A stretch of DNA of 61,539 bases, filler included, from Catajapyx aquilonaris (lineage: Eukaryota): NCBI GenBank assembly GCA_000934665.2. It is 2 parts of 2 records of this genome, joined end to end, with 100 filler letters (N's around TTAATTAATTAA, not from the genome) between each part and the next. Parts side by side here need not be neighbours in the genome. Positions count along the whole stretch, not along the records: positions 30,828 to 61,539 come from JYFJ02004620.1; 1 more part is not named here. One strand, written 5' to 3'. The notes under the pieces were generated by a model. It saw only the letters and a list, made by a program, of their open reading frames with translations, did no database searches and was not told the DNA's origin. Position numbers and translations under genes: made by a program. Shown here one piece after another: positions 36,500-48,182 of the stretch. Position 1 is the first letter of the stretch. Each line of letters starts with the position of its first letter.

Positions 36500-36850
36500 T
36501 GTGGCATATGCATACCGAAACAAACCACAATCCATCAACGCCCTGAAATGAAACATCGTCCATGAAATTCAGGCAGTGCATCAGGACATGGTGGGCAGGA
36601 CCATCCAAAATATGCAGCACTGTGTTCAGGACTGCCTGAACGCAAATGGTGATCATTTCCAGCACATGCTGTGATGCCATTTCCTTTCTCACATAATGAG
36701 GTTAGTTCAGTTCAAATTTCGCTGCACTATCTTCATTATTCGTATTAATGTATAATATAAAGAAATGCAGGGTAATGTAAGTAGTGGGATACCCTGTAGT
36801 AGCGGACCCGTTGACAAATTTTGGAAACACTGCCTGGCACACCCCCTCAC
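36500..36850 (+). mobile_element. Tc1/mariner 3' remnant
   Basis: Reads MVGRTIQNMQHCVQDCLNANGDHFQHML*, a typical transposase C-terminus (compare GGHFEHLL at 45510). Confidence 0.6.
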
Positions 36851-36859
36851 TTGGAAGTA

Positions 36860-37604
36860 CAGTACAACCCCTCTGAGTGGGACACTCACGGTTTCACAAA
36901 AAATGTCCAACATAGAGGGGTGTCCAACTTAGAGAGATAGGTACTCTACAGGGTACGGCCATGCATGCCCATGATGAAAGCACCTTCATAAAAATTTTTA
37001 CAGTACGTAGTGTACAGTACACTACTGTACAGTACATAATTATATGTACAGTATTATCCGTAGAGAACATATGGGACTAAAGTACAGTACAGTACAGCGT
37101 TACATGATTCTGCGATATGGAACCTCACTTTTTACAAAAGAAATCAGTCAGCCTGGACTATTTCAGTTTGGACACCGCAGACACCATGAGTTCAGTTTCA
37201 ATGAGTTTTCGGGCTGCATATATGGTGTCCATCACTTTTGGGTGGGAGGCCAAGGCATATCGCTCCAATTGCTTAATGCCCTCTAAAGCATCCTTGTGGG
37301 AAAGCGGCACATCGTCACAACCACTTGCCTTGGTCTCACTCACTTCACCGTCTGACTCACTTTCTGAGTGAGTCATGCACTGATTGTGAGTACTAATGGC
37401 CTGAAAAATCAGCAGGCTGGATGGAGATTTTTGATCCCATTAACTGTGTACCTGTCCAACTTAGGTGACAAAAAGCATCCAACTTCCAGGATAGAGGGGT
37501 GTCCAACTTAAGAGCTAATGTGCCCATACAAATGGATAGGCTTTTCCACGGTTCCACAAAAAATGTACAACATAGAGGGGTGTCCAACAACAGGAGTTTT
37601 ACTG
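36860..37604 (-). mobile_element. pogo/Tigger-like internally deleted element
   Basis: TA|CAGTACAACCCCTC...GGAGTTTTACTG|TA with repeated GAGGGGTGTCCAAC motifs. Carries a minus-strand Tigger-like C-terminal remnant (acidic stretch, SHKDALEGIKQLERY...LTDFF). Confidence 0.75.
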
Positions 37605-38385
37605 TATTATGATTTTGCACAGAATCAACTCTTAATAACATATTAACTTACATACATTTTCAGGTGTTTCCGTGCGCATATACATACTGATGACGCGGCA
37701 AACCAGGGCTGCATACACGAAGGTCTTGGAGTATATTTCTGAACGGTTAGGTTGCACTCCTGACAGCATCTTGTCAGATTACGAGAAGGAGCTGCAGGGA
37801 GCAGCAGCTCAAGTGTTTCCTGGGTCCACAATACGCGGATGTTGGTTCCATTACACGCAGGTATGCCATCCGATGCCGAATATTGTGTGATTCAATGATA
37901 TTGTTAACCTCCCTTTGATGTTATCGTTGCCAGTGTCGCCATGTACTGTACGTACGTAGTAGGTTTTAACAACCCTCATTGTTTGCCTCCGTCCTTCCTA
38001 TTAGGCACTGAAGAAGAGGGTGCAAACTCAAGGGCTGACGGCGAGGGTAAGGGACGACCCCAGGCTGGCTGCCATCATCAAAATGGCAATGGTTCTGCCA
38101 CTTCTGCCCCCAGAGAAGATCCTGGAGGGGGTGGAAGTGGTAGAGGCAGAAGTAGAACTACTCAGCCCACAAGCTACACCATTGGTCCGGGCTTTCATGC
38201 GCCCTACGTAAGGCAAACGTGGATTCTAGGCTACGGACCAGAGACGCTATCCGTCCACGGCCAGGAAAGGCGCACAAACAACAACGTAGAATCATTCCAT
38301 GCCAAACTATTAAGGAGGCTTGGTTACCACCCCAATGTGTGGAACTTCCTTGGTAATTTAGCAACCTGATGGAAGAACTTATACT

Positions 38386-38966
38386 TCTGCCCTGCCAAGC
38401 AAGAACGCAGGAACTAACAAAAAGCACATTTTCGGCAAATGACGAATTTCTCTTGCATGTTCCATTTACGACACTAATAATTTAATAATTTGTACTCAGT
38501 GCTAGAGCCATGGGCCCTCTTAGGGGGGGTGGGATACCACCATGTTTTTTTTTTTTTTTTTAATCTGGAACTCTTGCTTTCGTTTTTACTTCTCTTATAT
38601 GGGGATGGGATAGGGACGGAAGGAAGCGGCTGTGGCCTATATAATTACGGACACGACTCCGGAATTTTCCTGGTGAGACCATGGGAAACCACAGAAAACC
38701 ACGGTCAGGGTCGGCGGCCACCGGGATTCGAACCCAGGACCTCCCGATTAGCAGTCGGATACCATATCCCCTCCGCTACCACTGCTTCGGTCCATTTACG
38801 ACACTAATGATACTACTTTTTGTGCCTGCAATATCTCGGCACTGCCATATCGGAGGACGGCCGCAATAAGACCGAATGAAGCAGAATGAAAGCGACAACC
38901 ACGCTCCACAAAAAAAGCATTTACCGCCAAAATGTTAGTTACTGCGTTCTTGCTTGGCAGGGCAGA
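38386..38966. mobile_element. MITE in MULE intron 3, itself interrupted by a SINE
   Basis: TCTGCCCTGCCAAGCAAGAACGCAG.AACTAACA and its reverse complement at ~38932-38966. Confidence 0.6.
38479..38791 (-). mobile_element. tRNA-derived SINE with 17-bp TSD
   Basis: Near-identical to 27500-27803 and flanked by CCATTTACGACACTAAT on both sides. Confidence 0.9.
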
Positions 38967-41932
38967 CTTGTTATTTCAGGGTTATAATTTTGCACCCAAG
39001 ACCTCACGTTACGCTCCCATAATATTTCAGAAAAACTTCGGGAGATCGAGTTGGCCACCCGCCAAGATTTCAGAAGATCCCAGGGAGGCCTCGAAATCGC
39101 TCGGCGAAAAAAGCATTTAGTACATCATCCTAGATCTGCAAATTCGTCGCGCGAACGAAAAGTTGGCGAGGAACTTGTACACAATCAAACAGTTCCTCGC
39201 CAAATGTGCTCATTGCACTTCATGGACCCATGACGTGGGGAGCGCAGGTGACGACGGCGCAGGTGACGACGGCGCAGGTGACGACGACGCAGTTGGTGCT
39301 GCTGCTGTTTTTGCCGGTGGTGGTGGTGTCGATGATGCTGTCGTTGTCGTTGTCGTTGATGACGACGACGATGATGATGATGATGACCTTGAGCCAGGAG
39401 GGGAGGTCAGGCAGCAGACGGAGCAGGCCAGCAGGCTGGAGACGGAGCAGGCCATCCCCTAATCTGCGTCTGCTGCCTACTGGAAGCCAGGGAATACGTT
39501 TATGCCCCCTGCATGCACCTCTGTGTGTGCCATGCGTGCAATGAAAGACTGCGCACCATGGTCAACAGATGGGGGCTCCCACTACCCCATAGGTGCCCAG
39601 TATGCCGCCGGAACGTCGATGCATATGACAGAGTTTATTACTATAGTGTTCTTGCCTTTGTGATGGATTTTGATTGCTGTCCCCAGGAATGTAGCCCCTC
39701 GCCCCTTTGCGCCCGTCCCATAAGCAGCATGGGCGACTGCTCTGCAAAGGGTATATATCATTAAATGATGCCGTGATTTAAGTTATTGAACAGTTACGCA
39801 ACTACATACTTGTGTGAGGAACGCTCTGACACCTCAAACGAGAAAATCGGTTCATATTTTCATAAAATCTATTGCGTCCAAAGTTTCTCATGATGGTGTT
39901 TAGTGTTTATGTCACCGAGAGCATAAAACACGCATTTTACGTAGACATTATCAACTTTGATGCTTGAATCTACTAGATGGCACGTCCGGACGAGTGCGCA
40001 TTTCACGTGGCGCCTTAATGTTCATGGTCGCCGTTCCTGGCCTTTTTTAAGGATGGCACTTTTTGCTGTTTTGACAGCAAATCTGAATTCCAAGGTGTCG
40101 GAAACCTATATTTTCCATACCTTATTCATACCAGGCATGCTACAAGTAGCTTCATCATGATAACTACCACAAGTTTTTCTTTATACAGGGTGTATCAGAG
40201 TCACGGGTCAAGCGAGTGCGAGGGGGTGGGGAAAAATCGTAGGTGGCGACAACCCCGGTCGGTTTTATAAAACAATTAGAAATACGGCAGCAATCAATAT
40301 ATTTATTACGGTCTACGGCGTGACGTCACGTCCAATCAGTTTTAATCTTATATGACCGTGGTTTTAATCGAGTCGGGCGGGCTGGTAGAACCTGGTGAAC
40401 GGGTTATTAGCCTTGCGGGTTGCACTGAAAAAGGCTACACCGGCAGGGTACTGAACACACTACAAGTAGTGTGTTCAGTACCCTGCCGGTGTAGTCAATG
40501 CAGCATGGGCCAATTTTCTAATAAGCGAGTTTTTTGTTTTGGTCGTCACCGTGGTCGTCACCAAGAGCTCCGCATTGTTACCGTATTTTTGCGCTCCCCA
40601 TACCAGACCGTCAAGTGAAACCCGACAAAACCCCAAATGTCCGGAACCTACGGAAACTATTTTGTATATCGCAGGGCGGAGACACGGGCGGAGATCTCCG
40701 GTAAAGTAGTGCTAAACCAAGTACCGTTTTCCAAGGTCACGGTATTTTACCGTCGAAAAAAATCGCTTCCCAATATCAAGTTATTTCTTCTGCAAATAGC
40801 AGCTTAAGGTAGCTACGACAACTTCATCTCTTGCGTTGCTTTAAAGCTTCGTAATATTCAGGAAATACACTGTAAAATCCTGCAGTGCGATATACAGGGT
40901 GCTCAAAAACTCGCGGAAAGTCGCCAGGTAGCCTGATAGGACTCGCAAAACTAATATAGGGATGCGGAAGTAGTTTTGGGCTAACTTGCATAGTTTTTGC
41001 GTACGACGCCCTTAAGATTTCGGAAGTTTAATGACGTCACTTCCGCCTTGAGGCCCCCATTGCGTCATCATACATGTTGTTGTGGCTGTTGCCATTGGCA
41101 CTGATTATTGTTGCGAATATTGTCAACTGTGATTGTTGAGAAATAAACAACGATTTCAGTCTGGCAATTGAGGTGTCGACTTTTTCTGCGTTCCAAAGTT
41201 TCTCACATATTAGTCTTCTGAAGAAGTACACCTTCATCTCAGCTGCTTATCATGGCATACAGTGCAAGAGACTACTGCGATATGTATCTACTGCTGGGTG
41301 AGTGCGGCAACGCACACGCTGCGGCAGAAGAGTACGCACGGCGCTACCCTGAGCGACAACATCCAACTGGCAACGTCATCCGAAGATTAGACACCCGAAT
41401 GAGGGAAGGAGGACCAGTCATTCCTCAACAGGTGATGGACACAGGTCGTCCGCGAAGTGTACTGACACCAGCAGTATAGAAGAAAATATCCTGAAGATGG
41501 TGGAAGTGGATCCAACTACTAGTACTCGTGAAATCGGGCGAAGTCTTCAACTGCATCGCAGCTCTGTCTGGAACGTCATACACAACGAGGGTCTGTACCC
41601 ATATCATTACACGCGAGTGCAGAATTTACAGCCAGGGGATTACCCTCGCCGCCGGCAGTACTGCGAGTGGCTGCTGCAGCAGGACGAGGCGGATGACAAC
41701 TTCGTTAGAAGTATACTCTGGACCGACGAAAAGTGGTTCACACGTGGTGGAATTTTCAACCATCATAATAGCCACTACTGGGCTGCTGCAAACCCCCATG
41801 TAGTCCACGAGGGAAGCTTCCAGGTCAGTGCCCACCAGGGCCCCCTTAAAGTCACGGTTCCAACTCCTTCGCTGTCCCTGCTGCGTCTATACTGTATCTG
41901 ATAACTGTTCCAGGTGAGGTGGCAAATCAATG

Positions 41933-44879
41933 TAGTCCAGTGCAAATAGCATATTACCTGGACATTTAGAGTTACTAAACGAAACTTGGGGTGTATGTTC
42001 GATTGGCCCCCCTGAACAATATCTGAAAGTTCCCAAGTGATCCTGCATGGGATTACCCTGTAATCCTGCAAAAACTGTAACATACCTGCAGTTTTCCTTG
42101 AACCCGCATAGAAAGCGAACGCATGGACTTGGACCCTCATTTCTTTTTACAAATTACGTGTTTTGACGTGTGTTGTCATTTAGAAAAAAAAGTGCCAACA
42201 ATTTTGATATAAACTTAATTATGTTAACCTGCAAAACCTAGTCATTACCTTGAATTTTTCTGGAACGCACACAAGAAAGGGACGGGTTGTCTTAGACCGA
42301 ATTTCTTTTTTCATAGTGCTTGTTTTGATTGTATCGCTTCATTTCGAGTCAGACTGAGTGATGGCGATGGTTTGGGTGCCTGGATGGCCTGCAGATTACC
42401 TGTAAATCTCCTTGAACTCCACCCAAATGGGCACACATTGTTTGTGTAAGCACGGGATTTTTTTTTCAATTGTCGTCTGTTTCTGTTTAGACGAGAATGA
42501 ATCATTCTATTCAGAGATGAGTGTGAAAAATTACAGCGGAGAACTTTTACTAACACTGTTTATTCCTTAACCCTTAACTACGTAAGTGGGTGAAACACCT
42601 TTAACTACGTAGGTGGAGCCTGAGAGGCTCCAACGGTATATTTAAATTTCTGCTTATCAACTAAATTGTTATATTGGACTTTTCACATACAGAAAGTGCA
42701 GTTCAGATCATTAGGCTTCCGAAAACGTAAAAATCACACTCTGAGTCAGCATATTCCGACAGGGAAAATTTTGTAATTAAAAGGTTACATCATGTGTTTG
42801 AGCCGCTCAGGCTTCACCTGAGTTATAGAGCCTGAGCGGTTCCAGGAGCGACCTGTTCCTTGTTACGAATTTTTTAAAACCAAAGAATAGGGACTAAAAA
42901 ATTTTTTCTTTCCTTTCCATGCTTAGGAAGGTTTTTCTGACAAAGTCACGGAAGGACAGGGGAAAATAAAATTCAATGAAAAAGTTACATGCGTTTAAAT
43001 AGTGCTTGGAGCCTCTCAGGCTCATGGCTCATGGCTCATGGAAAATTTACTTTCTTAAATCTTGGACTAGGCTACAAGGGAAGCTACGTAATTTTTTTAA
43101 ACGTTTAAAGGAGACGGCTGTGGAGCCAGGTCTGCATCTGCTTCCAAGAAAGTCCACATCTTGTAATTCATCATCGGGGTCGTTATCATCCATGTCCGCA
43201 TCAGTGGCGTTGTTGCGGTTACTGCACCCATGACCTACAGTCCAACACAATTTCCACACATATTTGTGCATTGCAATAGGTGCCTTTTAATCAAATTTCA
43301 AAAATCACAATGTGGCCCTTTCGTCCAAAATGTGGTCCAAGTATTCTCTCAAATGTGGTCCCAATTTTCTCCAAAATAAGTCCGAATTGCCTCTCAAATG
43401 TGACCCAACTTTTGTTTAAAATGTCGTCCGAATTTTGTCCAAGATATGTCCGAATTTCCTGTCAAATGTGGTCCGAACTTTGATCGCGGCACACTTCCTC
43501 CCACATCCGCGGCAGCATGGCAACATTCTTTTAGGACATATACCTACAGGTGCAGCGTGCAGAAATGGAGAAGTGTGAACCTTGCACCCAACAGATTGGG
43601 GATGGAGAAGTGAAAATTGTCATCTCGTCCCAGTGACTAGATTCAAGCCTCCCGCGCCGCAAAAAGAATACAACAATGAAACATACAGTATACGCCACTG
43701 AAACGTTATGAATAGTGGATTACTTCAAAATTGTTCCGAAATTTCAAGTCTATTACGCTCGTGTCAAGGGTCACGAACTTTGACCTGCCAACATGACACG
43801 TAATAATAATTTTAATCTGATATTTTATGTCTGTTATCACCGGATTATGCGTACAGTTCAGAATTTGAAAGCCACCTTTTGCATGTGAGATGCACAGTTA
43901 CTGAAATAAAATCGGGTTATTGTATAAGCATCAAAAATGGAAGAGTCCTCATTTTTGACCTCGTCCTTGTTCACCCATATGGACACTAGCGGGTTTTTTT
44001 TTAAATATGTCACTTAGACCTTGACAAAATTCGACCGTATGTTCCAAATTCGGTTTTCTAGAAACATGTTGGGTGAACATTTGAATTATGGTTGTATTAT
44101 CTCACACGGACAGATGGACTGACCTGCTTGCAGCTTCGTGGCGCCCCATACCTACTATGGCAATACAGATACAGGTGCAAGGCTTGTGTGATTGGCCTTT
44201 TTACCACATAAACGAGCTACATAGGCCTTAGAGTTCTCTGCAGTAGATAGTTAAGAATATTCTCCATCCTTTTAAAGCGAAAAACCTATAAACCAAGTCC
44301 ACTTACCTCGTTATTGCGGAGAACCCTTCAATTGAAAAAAAAAATCCCGTGCTTACACAAACAATGTGTGCCCATTTGGGTGGAGTTCAAGGAGATTTAC
44401 AGGTAATCTGCAGGCTATCCAGGCACCCAAACCATCGCCATCACTCAGTCTGACTCGAAATGAAGCGATACAATCAAAACAAGCACTATGAAAAAAGAAA
44501 TTCGGTCTAAGACAACCCGTCCCTTTCTTGTGTGCGTTCCAGAAAAATTCAAGGTAATGAATAGGCTTTGCAGGTTAACATAATTAAGTTTATATCAAAA
44601 TTGTTGGCACTTTTTTTTCTAAATGACAACACACGTAAAAACACGTAATTTGTAAAAAGAAATGAGTGTCCAAGTCCATGCGTTCGCTTTCTATGCGGGT
44701 TCAAGGAAAACTGCAGGTATGCTACAGTTTTTGCAGGATTGCAGGGTAATCCCATGAGGGATCACTTGGGAACTTTCAGATATTGTTCAGGGGGGCCAAT
44801 CGAACATACACCCCAAGTTTCGTTTAGTAACTCTAAATGTCCAGGTTGTGGGTAAATATCGACTAAATGCACTGGACTA
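41933..44879. mobile_element. Academ-like non-autonomous element with ~540-bp TIRs
   Basis: TAGTCCAGTGCA...TGCACTGGACTA termini with a 3-bp ATG TSD (41930-41932, 44880-44882). Arms 41933-42472 and ~44330-44879 are near-identical inverted copies. Confidence 0.75.
42571..43280 (-). mobile_element. piggyBac-like 3' fragment inside the Academ-like element
   Basis: TTAA|CCCTT terminus at 42567-42575, repeated GAGCC...AGGCTC subterminal motifs, and a minus-strand Cys-rich C-terminal remnant (HKYVWKLC). Confidence 0.5.
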
Positions 44880-45106
44880 ATGTGTGGGCTGGGATCGTGG
44901 GTGACGTCCTTGTCGGACCCTACCTCCTCCCAACAAGGCTGTCGGCTGACACTTACTTGTCATTTCTGCGGAGTGTGCTGCCAGAGTTGCTTGAAGATGT
45001 GCCGTTACAAGTACGACAAAGGATGTGGTTCCAGCACGACGGTGCACCTCCGCACTATGGCAAATGTGTGCGACAGTGGCTGGACAGGAAACATCAGGGG
45101 CAGTGG

Positions 45107-45244
45107 CAAGGGGGTAATCACTCGACTGAAAAGTGTACACTGGAGTACCAAATTCAAGGAGTACCACGGAGTAATAAAGAGTGAGGTGCCAGAGGAGTAC
45201 CACTCCCAGGTGTACACCGGAGTACCGAAGTGATTACCCCCTTG
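45107..45244. mobile_element. 138-bp MITE (P- or hAT-type)
   Basis: TIR CAAGGGGGTAATCACT with an 8-bp TSD GGCAGTGG. Internal GGAGTACC repeats. Confidence 0.85.
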
Positions 45245-46117
45245 GGCAGTGGATTGGACGTGGAGGCCCAGTGCCATGGCCCGCCAGATCCCCAGATCTC
45301 AACCCTCTGGATTTCTTCCTGTGGGGGTACCTAAACGAGCTCGTGTACAAGACCCTACCCACTGATCCTAATGATCTGGTTGCTAGATTGCACGGGGCAC
45401 TCTCAACAATAGATAGGGAAATGTTGCAGCGAGTGCTACGGGCCATTCCGAGGCGTGCCCGTGCCTGTTTACAAATGAAAGGTGGCCATTTCGAGCACCT
45501 CCTGGGGTAATAAATGCTGTGCTGCATCCAACATGCCATTTCTTATTCTCTTGACCCGCGACAAATCAAGGCACATCCAATACAATAATGTATTTGATTC
45601 ATTGATTGATTCATTCATTCATTCATTGAGGAGCCAAAGCAACAAAGGTTTTCTGGCCATAAGATACAAGCTGCCAGACTGAACGCGTTGCTTATTTCTC
45701 AACAATCACAGTTGACAATATTCGCAACAATAATCAGTGCCAATGGCAACAGCCACAACAACATGTATGATGACGCAATGGGGGCCTCAAGGCGGATGTG
45801 ACGTCATGAAACTGCCGAAATCTTGAAGGCGTCGTACGCAAAAACTATGCAAGTTAGCCCAAAACTACTTCCACATCCCTATATTAGTTTTGCGAGTCCT
45901 ATCAGGCTACCTGGCGACTTTCCGCGAGTTTTTAAGCCCCCTGTATATACTCTAAATTATAGACATGTTATATCCGATGAAAATGTAAGTCATATAGCGA
46001 ATTGTTAGAAAAGCGGTGAGTGATTTACAAGCAGGAATTTTAACTGATCGCTGCTACGTTTCTGTTCGCCCATACGCAAGCTCAGTGCACTGCACAGATC
46101 GGCAAAGATGGTGGAAC

Positions 46118-46640
46118 CTTAGACCATATATACCAGTAGACACTCCCTCTCCCTCTCAAAAGTGATGCAAACATCTCCGAAGGGGGGATCACGTGACTTA
46201 GGGCAAAAGGAAGGCGGGAAGACGAAATTAACATGGCGCCTTATGGGGATTCCGACTATATTTGCGCCGTCACTGTCAGGCGCCTATTGGGACTAAAAGT
46301 ATGCAATGCATACCAAATGATAGCTCCACTCATTCCCCTTCTCATGCCGCATTCTCCATCCGAGAGGTTGAGCGGGGAGGGACATAGAAAATCCTACACT
46401 TTGTCATTGTTTCTCGCCGTAAGTGCAGTTTGTGTCACTACATCACTCAAACAACCACATTAAAATGTTCCAAATTTTAATATGTTGTACAGACAATCTT
46501 CCTCTGCATATTGCACCAACTCGGGGCCGATTATCTAGGTTGATTTAATTATTCGAAAATAAAAAAGTGAGCATATGAGTGATATCGGAACTTGGGGCAG
46601 CTTCAGTTAGGTACTGATTGATCAAAGTCCGTGCAAAACC

Positions 46641-46704
<64 letters not shown>

Positions 46705-47341
46705 GCATCAGCAGCAATAGTAGCAGTAATAATAATAATTGTGCCTATTATTATTATTATTATTATTATCATCATCATCATCATCATTATTATTATTATT
46801 ATTACTATAGGTTTTGCACGGATCAATCAGTACCTAACTGAAGCTGCCCTAAGTTCCGATATCACTCACATGCTCAATTTTTTATTTTCGCATAATTAAA
46901 TCAATCTCGATAATCGGCCCCGAGTTGGTGAAATATGCAGAGGGAGACTGTCTGTACGACATATTAAAACTTGGAACATTTTAATGTGGTTGTTTGAGTG
47001 ATGTAGTGACACAAACTGCACTTACGGCGAGAAACAATGACAAAGTGTAGGATTTTATATGTCCTTCCCCGCTCAACCTCTCGGATGGAGATGTACGGCA
47101 TGAGACGGGGCATGAGTGGAGCTATCATTTGGTATGCATTGCATATTCCTAGTCCCAATAGGCGCCTGACAGTGACGGCGCAAAGATAGTCGGGATCCCC
47201 ATATAAAGGCGCCATGTTAATTTCGTCTTCCCGCCTCCCTTTTGCCCTAAGTCACGTGATCCCCCCCTCGGAGATGTTTGCATCACTTTTGCGCTTGCTC
47301 GTAAACGGGAGGGGAGCGTCTACTGGTATATATGGTCTAAG
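46118..47341. mobile_element. 1.2-kb foldback element (P/Galileo-like or hAT) with microsatellite core
   Basis: CTTAGACCATATATACCAGTAGA termini, 8-bp TSD GGTGGAAC, ~525-bp inverted arms, and a centre of (AAT)n followed by (ATT)n. Confidence 0.85.
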
Positions 47342-47559
47342 GGTGGAACCGGTGCCACGGTGAGGAGGTGTGGACGCGTCTTGCTATCCTTGTGAGGATT
47401 TTTTTTGTGTTTTTCCTATCCTTGTGGGGAATTTTGTCATTACGAGGTAGTTTTCCTGTACCTCATAGTGAACACACGCCTCACAAGGATAGGGTAAAAT
47501 CGAAACAACCTCATAAAGACAGTAAAAATATATTTCACCAAAATTTCATGTGTTTCCTT

Positions 47560-47598
47560 GTAGGTTAGGTTAGGTTAGGTTAGGTTAGGTTAGGTTAG
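47560..47598 (+). repeat. (TTAGG)n microsatellite inside a small inverted-repeat element
   Basis: About 7 TTAGG units, surrounded by TATCCTTGTG / CACAAGGATAG inverted motifs (47385-47640). Confidence 0.8.
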
Positions 47599-48089
47599 TT
47601 TTATATTTTAAATTTTGGAAAAACATCACAAGGATAGGAATGCGCGCCTGGGCGTGTGTACGTGTGTGTGTGTGTGAAGGATTGCTTCAAGACCAGGATA
47701 AAGTGGCCGGAACTAATTAAACCCGATAGTACGTTCATTTATTGTTCTTATATTTATTTGTCATGGAGTTTTAAAATTATGCACACCCTTGTATCATGTT
47801 ATAATAAAGTACAAATTGAATACTTTTGAAGTGTTCTTGACCAAATTTTCAATTATTTTTTTGATTACCCCGTGATGACCTGTTGGGTCTATATGGGGGT
47901 GGATTACCACCATTGGGATTTGTTGGAGCGTGTTAAGAGAATCTTACTAGTTACTCCAAGGGTTGGTAGGAGGGGATGTGCAAAGTGCATGTGCGCTGTC
48001 GTTGAGTGGTCATTTTGTGAACTCCCCCGGGTGGATTAGTCTTTAGGAAATTTCCACCCGAAATGAAGCCAGAGATGGCCCAACTCTGC

Positions 48090-48182
48090 ACGGATAAAGG
48101 TGGGAACCCCGGGTGGGGATTGAACCCGGGACCTTAATATCCGTGGGCGCGCGCGTTACCGCGGCGCCACTTCATCTCCCTA
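48090..48182 (-). mobile_element. tRNA-derived SINE head
   Basis: Minus strand reads AGTGGCGCCGCGGTAACGCG...GGTCCCGGGTTCAATCCCCACCCGGG (A and B boxes), similar to the head at 60287. Confidence 0.6.

Larger units (their letters stand above)
34630..39764 (+). pseudogene. Spliced Mutator (MULE) DDE transposase with acidic linker and C-terminal RING finger, frameshifted
   Basis: Exons 34630-34969, 37664-37860, 38005-38352 and 39031-end have GT-AG boundaries. Motifs MDGTF (D), SDYE (D), GCWFH (CxxH), RTNNNVESFH (E), HPNVWNFL, then CVCC...PCMH.CVCHAC...CPVC. About four small frameshifts (~37680, ~38203, ~39118, ~39400-39460). Confidence 0.85.
41252..45510 (+). pseudogene. DD41D transposase with a 90-nt intron, a 2-nt frameshift and two TE insertions
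   Basis: Pieces 41252-41823, 41914-41932, 44883-45106 and 45253-45510 reconstruct WTDE...FQVRWQINVWAG...FQHDGAP-(41 aa spacing)-SPDLNPLDFFLWG...GGHFEHLLG*. Confidence 0.9.
40895..45943 (+). mobile_element. Long-TIR DD41D (rosa/Visitor-type) Tc1/mariner element with nested insertions
   Basis: TA|CAGGG...CCCTG|TA ends. TIRs of ~255 bp (40895-41152 vs ~45685-45943) enclose the transposase. Confidence 0.9.

Noticed and set aside
46545..46899. Poly-Ile ORFs on both strands
   Set aside because: Translation of the (AAT)n/(ATT)n microsatellite inside the foldback element.
47560..47598. (TTAGG)n as a telomere or chromosome fusion site
   Set aside because: Only ~7 units, embedded in a small inverted-repeat element.
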